Assembly: GCA_963666985.2 (NCBI GenBank)
Contig: CAXXIA010000002.1
Coordinates: 2,720,001-2,784,000 of the forward strand
Length of the DNA stretch: 64,000 nt
Source: Spirochaetia bacterium
GTDB lineage: Bacteria; Spirochaetota; Spirochaetia; DSM-2461
Reading direction: 5' to 3'
The translations under genes were made by a program, and so were the position numbers. The stretch's first letter is position 1; each line of letters begins with the position of its first letter. Below the pieces are notes generated by a model. It was not told the DNA's origin, made no database searches, and saw only the letters and a program-made list of their open reading frames with translations. Shown here piece by piece: positions 49,565 to 60,000 of the stretch.

Positions 49565-52025
49565 ATGGATCGCCGATCGGTCCCCGTTTCACATTTGTTT
49601 TTTCTTGTGTTTATCTTAGCGGTTTTCCTAACGGGCTGTTCGATGCCGTCGGGAAGCGGCTCGGAGAATTCACCGACGGTGAGTGCGACCGTAGCCGCCA
49701 TTCTTTCGGCTCTCGGCGTTTCGGAGTACACCAATCCCCCGGATCTGGTGGTTACCTCCCAAAGCGGAGAAGAAGTCACCATCGACGATCCCGACGAGTG
49801 GAACCCTCTGGGCGCCGAGTACGCGGTGTTCAGCCCCAAGTCCGAGGATTTTCCAAGCAGGCATGGTGAGCGGGGGCTATACCGGCCGCTATTACACCTG
49901 GTATGAGGATTCCTCGGATTCCTATTCAGAGCATCAGCGCACCGGCCCTTCCACCGGCCACGAGATGGACAATGAATCGGTCAAGGACGTGGTGGCCGCG
50001 GACATCGACGGCGACGGACTCGATGAAATGGTCACAGTCTACATGCCTACCGACAAGACCAAGAGTTTCTACGTTACGGTGTACGACGGGGTGGCGGATG
50101 AATTCTCCGCCCCAATTTTCCTCTTTGAGGGGGATTTTTCCACCTCGTCTTACGACAAAGATTTCATCGACCGGTATTTCGGTGCGGCGGCCGCGGATAT
50201 CGACGGCGACGGAGATGATGAAATCATAGTGTGGGAGCTCAATGACTTGCGCCTCTTTTCGCTTTCCGCGGACGGCGGCTCGAAAACCCTTCTGGCGAGC
50301 GTTGAGGGCGACCTCGATGAAAACGAGGTTGTATGGCGGGTGGATGCCGGTGATATCGACGGGGACGACGCTGATGAAATCGCCGTTTCCTGGCTTTACA
50401 GAGACGATGAAATCGTGGACCTCTACGAGGGAAAGCTTCAACTCATCGATTCCCTTTCCGACGGCGATCTGCCGGAAGATTTCGACGAATGTCCCTTCAC
50501 TACGGTCACCTTCGGGGACTTCGACGGTGAGGACGGCACCGACGAACTCCTGGTCGTTCAGCGCGAAAACGCCGAAAGCATGACCCCCACCTACATCTAC
50601 GAGTACACCGCTTCGGTGTATTCCTGGGGCGGCTCGGCGCTTTCGAGTTTGAACACCTTCGAATACCACTGCGAAGATGGAGCCCTCGGTCAATATACGA
50701 GTCCGGTGGCCGTGGACACCGACGGCGACGGGATGGACGAAGTGCTCATCGACGCCTATCTCTACCACGATATCACCGACGATGCCGATTACGAGTACTT
50801 CGGCTCCAGCTCCACCCTCGGACTGAACCTGTACTCCAAAATCGGAGACGCCGCCAGTGGCGATGTCAACGGCGACGCGCGGGAAGACTTCGTGCTGCTG
50901 TTAATGGATACGGGACCCGAATACACCATCATCGCCTACGGCTCCACGGAATCGGGCGACTGGAACGACATTGAGGAAATCGAATCCTACGAAGATAATA
51001 TCGATTGTGCCGACGACACCTTGGTGGATTTGGCGATGGGAAACGTGGACGAGGACTCCAACCGCGTGCGCTGTACCGGCCATGAGCTTCAGTTCTCCCA
51101 GCCTTCGGTCATCGCGGTTCTGGCTTCGCCGCCCTACTATGCGGAAATCGCCGATGTCGACGAAGGATATAATTACGACGATTGGCTCACCACCTTCGGA
51201 CGCAGCACTTCCAGCAGCGGCAGTTCGGAGTCTTCGGTGGGCTACAGCGTCGGTACCACGGTGGGGTATTCGGCCGGCTATTCGCTCTTCGGCGTGGAAA
51301 TAGCAAGTTTTGAAGCTTCGGTGAGCTTCACGGCCGAGACTTCCTCGTCGTTTACCACAACCACCACGGTGAGCAAGGAAATCACCTATTCCTGCGCGGG
51401 CGGGGAGAATCGCGTGATTTTTACCTCGGTTCCCATCGACGTCTATACCTACGAGGTGCTGTATTCCGAGGATTCCTCGGACATCGGGGAAGTGATGACC
51501 ATCTCCATTCCCCGGGAGTTCAGCCAGCACACCGTTGAATTGGACTTCTACAATGAGAACAACGGGACTCTGGAGGATATCGTCATCGAACCGATGTCCC
51601 ACACCATCGGCTCGCCCTGGAGCTATCCCGACGAAGCGGATGCCGTGGGGTTTCTTGACGAGTTCGGCGGATATTCCTACGAAGCCGAGTCCGTGGGGCA
51701 GGGATCGGGGAATTCGGGAATTACGGAGATGACCATCACCGTTGAGGAGGGCGAGGAAACCACCGTGTCGATGGACTACACAACCGAAGCCGTTGTCGAG
51801 GCCGCTCTCTTGGGAGTGATGAGCGCCAGTTCGGCGGGATTCAACACCGGGTACTCCTACACTACCGCGACGAGCGAAGGTACGATCTTCGGAGGTACCG
51901 TCGGATTCCTGCCGACGGCATACTACACCGGTTCCTATATCTATGAATCGGGCCTCTTCGCGATTCCCTATAAGGACGAGGATATAGGGCAGACCTACTG
52001 GGTTGTCTCTTATTGGGTTGAGTAG
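49565..52025 (+). CDS. Large acidic lipoprotein with ~7 FG-GAP/VCBS Ca-binding repeats and a Ser/Thr-rich beta C-terminal domain; +1 frameshift near 49846 (~819 aa joined)
   Basis: LTGC lipobox, GGAGG RBS; ADIDGDGLDE, ADIDGDGDDE, GDIDGDDADE, GDFDGEDGTDE, VDTDGDGMDE, GDVNGDARED, GNVDED. Confidence 0.82.
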
Positions 52026-52051
52026 GCCGATTTTAAGACCGATTTTTAAGC

Positions 52052-52090
52052 AGAGAGCCGTTCCTTCATTTGGGGACGGCTCTCTTTTTT
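52052..52090 (+). terminator. Intrinsic terminator after the FG-GAP lipoprotein
   Basis: AGAGAGCCGTTCC...GGGACGGCTCTCT then a T run. Confidence 0.8.
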
Positions 52091-52292
52091 GGGAAGAAGG
52101 CTTGTTTTTTTGTCTTAAATATATACGCCCAAACGATGTGCCGATTCGGGGTAAAGAGTTCCTTTTGCTGATGCGCAGTACGGAGAATCTAAAAATAATC
52201 GGAAAAATAAGTTCACTGAGATTATCGGCCTTTAAGGTGAAGAGAATCAGGTTTTCTTTGCTTTAAAACCGCTTTAGCGACCGTGAACTTTT

Positions 52293-52499
52293 TTATGGCT
52301 TCAGGCGAACAACCGAACCTTCATTGTTGAGTACCACGTTAAGCAGCGGCCGGCCCTGTTTATCCAGCGGATGAAAGAATCCAAGATCAAAAGGTGATCT
52401 GATTGTGGCGATCCATCCGGGATGATTGGAACTTTCGTAGCGTTTATCGCCGACCGGCAGATAATTCAAACAATCGAACGCACCCTCCCAAGCGCCCAT
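52293..52499 (-). CDS. Small hypothetical protein (68 aa)
   Basis: ATG with a GGAGG RBS in an otherwise empty gap; no family recognised. Confidence 0.45.
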   Translation of the reverse strand: MGAWEGAFDCLNYLPVGDKRYESSNHPGWIATIRSPFDLGFFHPLDKQGRPLLNVVLNNEGSVVRLKP

Positions 52500-52629
52500 A
52501 TTCCCCCTCCAATAATTATTAATATGAGTTTATCACGTTCTGTTTATTTTTCTGATAAATACGTAACGATTTGCATATACGGCATACGAAGAGTGTTTTG
52601 ATGCCGAAGATATCGTGAGGCTGCGGTAC

Positions 52630-53865
52630 TTATGCGCTCTCCTGTTCTTTGGGAGTATTCCGATAGAGATTGCCCGCATTAATCGTAAAGAGAAAAGCCA
52701 GGATGCCGCATATGGAAATTCCCAGTGTCATGGGCATCAGACCTTTAGGAAAAAGACTGATTATACTGGAAGAAATAAAAGAGAAGATAAAGGTAATGCA
52801 GCCCAGGAGAGAAGAAGCGGCCCCTGTGTTTTCTCCCTGGCCATATAAAGTTATGGTCGCGGAACATGGAAGAACGGCTCCCATCAAAAACATATATCCA
52901 ATCAGAGGGATAAGAACAATTACCAATTGATCTTGCGGAATCCCATAATATATGAGCAGTCCGATGATACCGAGCAGAATTGAGAATAGGAAAAGAATCT
53001 TAACGGAGATGAAAAAGATTCTCTCGTATGAAATCTTTTTTGCGATAATGGATGAAACAATATTCCCCAGCATTAAGGCCAAGGCAATGGCTCCGAATAA
53101 AATGCCGAAAGACATGGAAGAAAGATGAAAGTAATTCATGAATACAAAAGGAGCCGCCGTTATATACACAAACATGCCGGCATTACCGAGACTTCTTATT
53201 AAGGTGGTTCTTAAGAATCCCTGTTTTTTTGATACCAGTATGTAAACATGAAAAGCTTCAGATATTTTTACCGATGGATTCGGCTGTTTTGTTTCGGGTA
53301 ATGCAAAAATAACGGAAAGAATCAGAATAATATTATAAATGAATAATGTTGAAAAAATATGTCTCCATCCGAAAACTTTTAATATAAAACCGCCCAGTGT
53401 GGGAGCAATAATGGGAGCCACCCCCATAACAAGCGTTAATAATCCAAAAACCTGCCCTACTTTTTTCTTGTCGGTGTATACATCGGGAGCCAGTACCAGT
53501 GAGATAACCATTCCGGAAGAAGCACCCAAAGCCTGTAACAGTCTTGCGGCGATGAAAATCCAGATATTTGACGTTGTTACGCATATAAATGTGGAAAGTC
53601 CAAACAGGAATAGGCCGAAAAGCAAAGGTTTTTTCCTTCCGTACCGATCGGAAATTGGACCATACAGAAGCTGGGTAACGGTTAATCCCGCCAAGAAAAC
53701 GGAAAGAGACAGCTGAACAAGGGAAGGACTTGATTTCAGTGAGTTACTGATATCGGGAAAGGCTGATAAATACATATCCGTTGAGAAGGGCGCCAGCGAC
53801 ATAAGGCCGGCGCCGATGAGTGCGATTCTTGCCATTCCTAAAGATGAATTATTTTTAATCTGCAT
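52630..53865 (-). CDS. Bcr/CflA-family MFS drug efflux transporter
   Basis: PFSTDMYL.AFP, YGPISDRYGRKK, PIIAPTLGG. Confidence 0.92.
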   Translation of the reverse strand: MQIKNNSSLGMARIALIGAGLMSLAPFSTDMYLSAFPDISNSLKSSPSLVQLSLSVFLAGLTVTQLLYGPISDRYGRKKPLLFGLFLFGLSTFICVTTSNIWIFIAARLLQALGASSGMVISLVLAPDVYTDKKKVGQVFGLLTLVMGVAPIIAPTLGGFILKVFGWRHIFSTLFIYNIILILSVIFALPETKQPNPSVKISEAFHVYILVSKKQGFLRTTLIRSLGNAGMFVYITAAPFVFMNYFHLSSMSFGILFGAIALALMLGNIVSSIIAKKISYERIFFISVKILFLFSILLGIIGLLIYYGIPQDQLVIVLIPLIGYMFLMGAVLPCSATITLYGQGENTGAASSLLGCITFIFSFISSSIISLFPKGLMPMTLGISICGILAFLFTINAGNLYRNTPKEQESA

Positions 53866-54036
53866 TTATTCTCCGATTCATGTACTGTATCAAAAGAATT
53901 GAGTATAAACACAATTCAATGTCGTTATTTGGAGAAACTTTTCGAGAATATCTCCGTTTTAGCGAAAAGAGGTACTTTTCCCCCGACTGATTTCCCCTAT
54001 CAATGTTTTCAGCCGAAAGTGCGGTTTTTTTGATTT

Positions 54037-54645
54037 TTATGGGTTTTGAGACGGAGAACCCAAATAGGCCGCATAAAGCTCTTTCAGATCTTCCAGGAAG
54101 GCTTCCTTTTTTATTGCCGGACGCTCCAGAACGTATTGATGAATAACCCCTTCGCAGCTGTGATACAGCATCCAAGCGATTCGGCGGATTCGCTGTGCCT
54201 TCACTTCGGGATAATAGGTTTTTAGAAAGCCTTGAATGAATCGGATGATTTTTTCATTTTCGCGATTCACCAGTGCCCCGACATTTTCATTCTCCAAAGA
54301 CATTTTCATCAGTTCCCTTAAAAATCCGGGATTCAGCATATGTGATTCCAAAGTACTCTCCAGAAAAAGAGTGAATTCTGTTTCCGGATGATTCAGGAAC
54401 CGTGAAATCAGTTCTTTTTGAAAAGAGGCGGCCTTTTCCATATACGCTATGGCAGCGGCGAGAAAGAGATCTTCTTTGTTTTGGAAATAGTGATAGAAGC
54501 TTCCCGTAGCCGCACCGGCTTCTCGGCAGATATCTACGGCCGTTACTCCATGAAATCCTTCCTCGGAAAATAATTTCACGGCGGATTCCATGATTCTGCT
54601 TTTCGTATTCCGCGCCCGCTGCTGGGAAGGAATCCTGGGTTCCAT
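54037..54645 (-). CDS. TetR-family regulator
   Basis: Q.RA..TK.RI...A..LF...GF, GSFYHYFQNKEDL. Confidence 0.92.
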   Translation of the reverse strand: MEPRIPSQQRARNTKSRIMESAVKLFSEEGFHGVTAVDICREAGAATGSFYHYFQNKEDLFLAAAIAYMEKAASFQKELISRFLNHPETEFTLFLESTLESHMLNPGFLRELMKMSLENENVGALVNRENEKIIRFIQGFLKTYYPEVKAQRIRRIAWMLYHSCEGVIHQYVLERPAIKKEAFLEDLKELYAAYLGSPSQNP

Positions 54646-54688
54646 GAATCAAGCATATCCGAGGGTAAAGCTTTTTCCAATCGAACCC

Positions 54689-54748
54689 TTGACGAAATAT
54701 GAAACAAAATTCATATTCACGATGCGAATGTGAAAAATAATTCATATA
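54689..54748 (+). promoter_or_regulatory. Promoter with two TetR-type operators in the divergent spacer
   Basis: TTGACG-17 nt-CATATT; AATATGAA-N6-TTCATATT at 54696-54717 and AATGTGAA-N6-TTCATATA at 54727-54748. Confidence 0.75.
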
Positions 54749-54762
54749 TTGAAGAGGTATAA

Positions 54763-55470
54763 ATGAATAACATTATCATTCTGGACCTGGGAATCTCCGT
54801 TTCCTACCTGGTACAAAATCCGGAAGGATACATGCTTGTAGATACCGGTTATCCGCAATCTTGGGAAAAGTTTCTTTTTGTTCTGGCGAAGAAGGGAATC
54901 AGCCTTAAAGATATAAACCTTGTTTTTCTCACTCATCATCACGATGATCACGCGGGTTTCCTGAAGCGTTTTCTGGAGAGCCGAGACGTGCCGGTGATTA
55001 TGCATTATCGCGCTTTGGGTCCTTTGAAAAAGGGCGAATCCGATGAAACCGATGAGGAGGCTGTAACCAAACGAATGAAATGGGTTTTTAGTCTCTACAT
55101 GCTTTTCCATAATAAGTTTACTTTCCCGCCGGTTGAAGTCGGACAAAAGGATCTTCTTATTAAAGAAAACGACAATCGTCTGCTCAGACAATGGGGAATT
55201 GCCGGGGAGATTGTGTTAACTCCGGGACACACCTACGACAGTATTTCCATCGTTTTGGATGATGGAAACGCCGTTGTGGGAGACGCGGCCATGAATATCA
55301 TGCATTTCTGCGGAGCCGATTACCGACCGATTTACCATATGAACAGACAGGAAGTTTTCCGCAGTTGGGAGGAACTCTTCCGGCGGAATGTGAAGAAAAT
55401 ATACTCAGGGCATGGTAGGCCCTTTTCTGTCGAGAAACTCCGCCGTTCCTACGAACGACATAAGAAATAA
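54763..55470 (+). CDS. Metallo-beta-lactamase-fold hydrolase
   Basis: VDTG, THHHDDHAG, TPGHT, VGD, GHG. Confidence 0.9.
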   Translation: MNNIIILDLGISVSYLVQNPEGYMLVDTGYPQSWEKFLFVLAKKGISLKDINLVFLTHHHDDHAGFLKRFLESRDVPVIMHYRALGPLKKGESDETDEEAVTKRMKWVFSLYMLFHNKFTFPPVEVGQKDLLIKENDNRLLRQWGIAGEIVLTPGHTYDSISIVLDDGNAVVGDAAMNIMHFCGADYRPIYHMNRQEVFRSWEELFRRNVKKIYSGHGRPFSVEKLRRSYERHKK

Positions 55471-56768
55471 TGAATCGGCTGGAAGATCTTCTCAAGGAAG
55501 AGCGGATAGGCAGGCTTTTTTTCGTCCAGTCGGTTCCTGCTGTTCTGGCTTTGTTCTCGCAGGGACTCTATCAGATGGTGGATACCATCTATATCGGCCG
55601 GATGGTAGGAACGGATGGATTAACCGCCTGTGCCCGGACCTATCCTTTTGTTCTGGTTATGACGGGATTCGGCTCCTTGATTTCCGTCGGCTCCGCATCT
55701 CTCTACAGCAGGCTTTTGGGAGAAGGGCGTACACGGAAGGCCGGCGGCGTTTTCTCCCTGATCCTTCCACTATCGTTTCCTTTCTTCCTCCTTTCTTTGC
55801 TGACAGGGTTCTATCTTGCACCACTCCTGCTGCGTTCTTCAGGGGAATCGGCTGCCTATTTTATGGCGACTGATTATCTCCGCATCGACAGCTTGGGAAG
55901 TTTATTCATGATTGCCGCACTGACTTTTACGGCCTTGCTGCGCGGTGGAGGTTTTATGAAAGCGGCACTTGTGCTGCAATCGGCCGGAACCGTTTTAAAC
56001 ATCGTTCTCGATCCGTTTTTTATCCGCCCTTTTGGCATGGCCGGAGCGGCTTGGGCCACCCTGATCAGCAAAGCCTTTCTATTTCTGCTTTGTATGATCT
56101 ATTTCGTTGTGGGTGATAAGAAATCCGGTTCTCCTCCCTGGGAGAAGGCGGGAGAAATTTTTACTGTTGGGTTATCGGCCCTGGCCCTGGAGACCATGAC
56201 CATCATCCAGATGTTTTACTTTTTCCGTATGATCGATCGATATGGAACGGGTGCCGACTATGCAATCCTTGCCGGAGTTATGCGGATTGTTAATTTCAGT
56301 CTTATTCCCCTTTGGGGGATCTCTCAGGGGTATCAACCTTTGGCAGGATACTGTTTCAGTTCCGGGAGAGCACAATGTCATTCGCGATTGTTTCGTTCTT
56401 TTATTCTGGGAGCCACTTTGTGGATGGTTTTTGTACAAAGCCTTCTGATGCTGTTCGGAAAAGGAATCCTGGGTTTCTTCATTCTGGATGATATGATTCT
56501 TGAACGGGGAGTTCCCGCTTTGAGATGGATGACCGGACTGTTCTTCCTCTATGGAGTGATGATTTTATTGCTGACGGATTTTCAGGCTTCCGGGAAAGCC
56601 GTTCCCGCGGGTTTTCTTGTTTTGAGCAGGATGATTTTTTTCTTTGTGCCCGTTTCACTTGTTCTGTCGGGATTTTTGGGGATTGCCGGTCTTTGGGCGG
56701 CAGTTCCCTTGTCGGACTGTTTAACTCTTATCAGTTCGGCTTTTCTTCAAAGAAAACTTCGGGAGTAG
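55470..56768 (+). CDS. MATE-family efflux transporter (MepA-like)
   Basis: LYQMVDTIYIGR, NIVLDPFFI..FGMAGAAWAT, QGYQPL.GY. Confidence 0.88.
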   Translation: MNRLEDLLKEERIGRLFFVQSVPAVLALFSQGLYQMVDTIYIGRMVGTDGLTACARTYPFVLVMTGFGSLISVGSASLYSRLLGEGRTRKAGGVFSLILPLSFPFFLLSLLTGFYLAPLLLRSSGESAAYFMATDYLRIDSLGSLFMIAALTFTALLRGGGFMKAALVLQSAGTVLNIVLDPFFIRPFGMAGAAWATLISKAFLFLLCMIYFVVGDKKSGSPPWEKAGEIFTVGLSALALETMTIIQMFYFFRMIDRYGTGADYAILAGVMRIVNFSLIPLWGISQGYQPLAGYCFSSGRAQCHSRLFRSFILGATLWMVFVQSLLMLFGKGILGFFILDDMILERGVPALRWMTGLFFLYGVMILLLTDFQASGKAVPAGFLVLSRMIFFFVPVSLVLSGFLGIAGLWAAVPLSDCLTLISSAFLQRKLRE

Positions 56769-56857
56769 GGGATGCATATGGATTCACAGCATCTTCGAAC
56801 ACCGCCGAATATTGCTGATCGCGATAAAATACGGATGAAAAGTGATATAACTGCTTA

Positions 56858-58477
56858 TTATAGAGTCGAGATTTCTTTGCGTTGAGGTTTCTTTTGCTGC
56901 CGGTATTCCTTGGGGGTTATTCCCTCACGCTTTTTAAACAGGTAGCTCAGGTAGTTCGGTTCGCTGTAGCCCACGCTGAATGCGATATTGACGATTTTCT
57001 CATCGGTGGAAGCCAGCATTTCCTTCACCTTCTCCATACGGACTTTGGTGAGATATTCGATGAATGTTACGGACATTTCCTGGGAAAATATCGTGCTGAA
57101 ATGAGTGGGACTTAAGGCCACATGAGCCGCGACGGTATTCAGGGAAATATCGGGGTGGTTGTAGTTCTCATGGATGTATTCACAGGCTCGGCGGACCAGC
57201 TTTACATGATGGCTGCTGTTGCCGCAGTCCCGGAGTTCAATGGTTTTCCGGCAAATCTCAGTGGCGAGTTCCGTGAACTCTTCGGCGGACATGGCGGATT
57301 GAAACACTTGCCGGAGACCTACGAAATGTTTTGTAATCTCGGCGGAATCCATATCGGGATTGAAATCGCTGATAATCCTTATGCCTGTGCTTGTCAGGTC
57401 CATAAGAACATAGTATCGATAGAGTACGCTCTGCATTTCATTGGTGGTAAGGTTTTTGGTGAATTCCTCGACGATGGCGGAGACATCCTCCGTAACGGCG
57501 AATTTGAGTCTGTTCTCGATATTCAGATTAAAGAAGTCTTCGGCCGATGCCGTAACGGGGCTTTGAATTCGGCCTATATCCCCGGCGGTGAATATCCGGC
57601 CCCTGTTTGTTGTTCCGAAGGTCTTCAAGAGAATGCTTGCTTCATGAAAGGCGTCGCGAATGGAGCTTATGCGGTTTGTGACGCTGCTGATGCTGACGGT
57701 CAGCAGTGTGTCGCCGTCGTCTTCCACGGCATGTTTGAGCGTTTGGGCCGTGTGATAGGCTTTTTCGGTGACATCGATATCCGCGTTTCCTTTAATAATC
57801 AGCACCACGTAATCCACTCCGCTGAAAAAATACAGAACATCGGGATTGTCCAGCAGCATGAATTTTACTTTTGATGTGATTGCCTGGCGATTGGGGAACT
57901 CACCTTTGCCTTCAAACAGAGAGAGCAGCACCACGTAGCGTTTGCTTAAAATATCCAGTCCTAATTCGTCCGCCCGGCGAAGGGTTTCATCGGCGGTGAT
58001 TTCTCCGCTGCAAAGCTGTTCCAGCAAGGTGCTTACAAGAGCATTTTTCACCGTTTCTTCGTCGGAAGCTTCATTCAGAAAAGAAACGCTGTTTTGCTTG
58101 TATTCGTTAATCTGCTCGCCGGCTTTATGCAGGGCTTCCAAAAGATCCTTATCCGCCACGGGTTTGAGAAGGTAATGGTCCACGCCAACGCAGATTGCCT
58201 GCCGGGCCAGTTCGAATTCATCGTAGCCGCTAATTATGATAATTCGGAGCCAAGGGATGATGGCCTTTGCATGGCGGGCGAGGGTGAGTCCGTCCATAAA
58301 CGGCATCTTGATGTCGGTAATAAGAATGTCGGGCTTCAAATCTTGAAGAATGGAAAGCGCCAGTTCCCCATCGGCCGCTTCGCCGAGGCAGCTGTAAAAC
58401 TCGGCGTTTTGTTCAATGGTCTTACGGATGTTTTGCCGGATGAGGGGTTCGTCTTCGACCAGGAAAACCGTATGCAT
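56858..58477 (-). CDS. YesN-like response regulator (REC + AraC HTH)
   Basis: VEDEP, ITDIKMP, YLLKP, IAFSVGYSEPNY. Confidence 0.92.
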   Translation of the reverse strand: MHTVFLVEDEPLIRQNIRKTIEQNAEFYSCLGEAADGELALSILQDLKPDILITDIKMPFMDGLTLARHAKAIIPWLRIIIISGYDEFELARQAICVGVDHYLLKPVADKDLLEALHKAGEQINEYKQNSVSFLNEASDEETVKNALVSTLLEQLCSGEITADETLRRADELGLDILSKRYVVLLSLFEGKGEFPNRQAITSKVKFMLLDNPDVLYFFSGVDYVVLIIKGNADIDVTEKAYHTAQTLKHAVEDDGDTLLTVSISSVTNRISSIRDAFHEASILLKTFGTTNRGRIFTAGDIGRIQSPVTASAEDFFNLNIENRLKFAVTEDVSAIVEEFTKNLTTNEMQSVLYRYYVLMDLTSTGIRIISDFNPDMDSAEITKHFVGLRQVFQSAMSAEEFTELATEICRKTIELRDCGNSSHHVKLVRRACEYIHENYNHPDISLNTVAAHVALSPTHFSTIFSQEMSVTFIEYLTKVRMEKVKEMLASTDEKIVNIAFSVGYSEPNYLSYLFKKREGITPKEYRQQKKPQRKEISTL

Positions 58478-58480
58478 GCA

Positions 58481-59977
58481 TCATCCTCCGTTGAGCGCCG
58501 GTGCCGGCGCTTCCGCCGGGAGAGTCGAATTGATTGCGGGCAGCCGCAGGGTTACTTTGCTTCCCCGCTTGTATGTGCTTTCCATTATTAATCCATTATC
58601 AATTTCATAGTAGAGCTGGATGCGCTTGAATACATTATAAAGCCCGAATCCCATCTCGGGATTGGAGACATCGTAGTGGGAGAGATTTTCCAGCAGTTTT
58701 TCCAGTTCTTCTTCCTTCATCCCCAGTCCGTTGTCTTCAACGGTGAATATCAGACATCCGTCCCGACTCTCTCCCTTCAGCCTGACCAATCCTCCGCGGC
58801 GTGTCATCTTTATTCCGTGGTAGATGGCGTTCTCCACCAGAGGCTGCAGCAGGATTTTCAGCATGGGTTCCTTCAGAATATCCTGGGCAATATCGATTTC
58901 GTATTCCAGAATGGCGCCGTAGCGCATTTTTTGTATGGCTAGGTAGCTTTCCACGTGGGATTTCTCTTCAGCCACCGAAACCCAATCCCGGCCTTTGTTC
59001 AGAGAGAGACGGAAGAAGTTGGACAGCGCCATCGTCGTTGTGACGACATTCTCGGTCTGACCGTCTTTTGCCAGAGAGTGTATCGTATCAAGAGTGTTGT
59101 ACATGAAGTGCGGGGCAATCTGCGCCTGAAGCGCCTTCATTTCCGCTTTCTGCAAATTCTGCTGCTTCTGAATATTTTGGTCGATCAGCTCCCCCAGTTT
59201 ACCGGCCATGGTATTCAGGCTGTCGGTAAGCTCGTCAAGTTCGCTGATTTCCGGTTTCTCAACCCGAATGGACAGATCTCCCTGGGCGATTCTGGATGCC
59301 ATGGTTTTCAATCTGTAAATCGGATTGTTGATGCTTCGGTTCAGCTGTCTGTTGTTTCTGAAAAGGAAGGCGATAATCGATACGAGAAGCAGAATCTGGA
59401 AGAAGGTCATCAGGTCTATGGAGCGCTGTATCCTGGTGTTCTGAATATGGGCGATTTCCATTTCCGCCGCCACGAATTCCTGGATAACATCGTAGAGCAG
59501 TTCGCTGACCGAGGTGATTTCCCTCAGGATTTTCTCATTGTTCCGGACGGGCCTGTTTTCGGCGATGTTTTCGCCGATAGCGTCCACATAACTTTCCAGG
59601 GTCTCAAGGGTGTTGCGGGCAACTTGAATCAGATAGCTGTTGTCTTCGCTGGCGGCGTTTTTTTTCAGCTCGTCCAGGTGACTCCGGATTCTGATGATTA
59701 AATCGTACTGAATGTTGTCCTCGAATCGGGTTTTGCCGGAAACCACATTCCACATCGTGGTATAGATTTCGCCCTGCAGCCGGCTGGAGAGACTGTTGGC
59801 GCTGTAGACGTTTTCAATAATCCGCTCGTACTGATTCAGCGTGATGTTGTAATACAGAGTCGTTACCAAAAGGGGGATAAGTGTGGCCAAAATAACAATG
59901 GTGTTGGTTACCTGCAATGTTTTTCGTATGCTGTTGTTGCGGATGAATCTTGTTCGCTTTTTGCCGTTCGTAAACAT
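58481..59977 (-). CDS. YesM/LytS-like sensor kinase
   Basis: HAMP, LQAQIAPHFMYNTL, LQPLVENAIYHG, GFGLYNV. Confidence 0.92.
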   Translation of the reverse strand: MFTNGKKRTRFIRNNSIRKTLQVTNTIVILATLIPLLVTTLYYNITLNQYERIIENVYSANSLSSRLQGEIYTTMWNVVSGKTRFEDNIQYDLIIRIRSHLDELKKNAASEDNSYLIQVARNTLETLESYVDAIGENIAENRPVRNNEKILREITSVSELLYDVIQEFVAAEMEIAHIQNTRIQRSIDLMTFFQILLLVSIIAFLFRNNRQLNRSINNPIYRLKTMASRIAQGDLSIRVEKPEISELDELTDSLNTMAGKLGELIDQNIQKQQNLQKAEMKALQAQIAPHFMYNTLDTIHSLAKDGQTENVVTTTMALSNFFRLSLNKGRDWVSVAEEKSHVESYLAIQKMRYGAILEYEIDIAQDILKEPMLKILLQPLVENAIYHGIKMTRRGGLVRLKGESRDGCLIFTVEDNGLGMKEEELEKLLENLSHYDVSNPEMGFGLYNVFKRIQLYYEIDNGLIMESTYKRGSKVTLRLPAINSTLPAEAPAPALNGG

Positions 59978-60000
59978 CTTCTTCGGTTATTCCATCGGGA

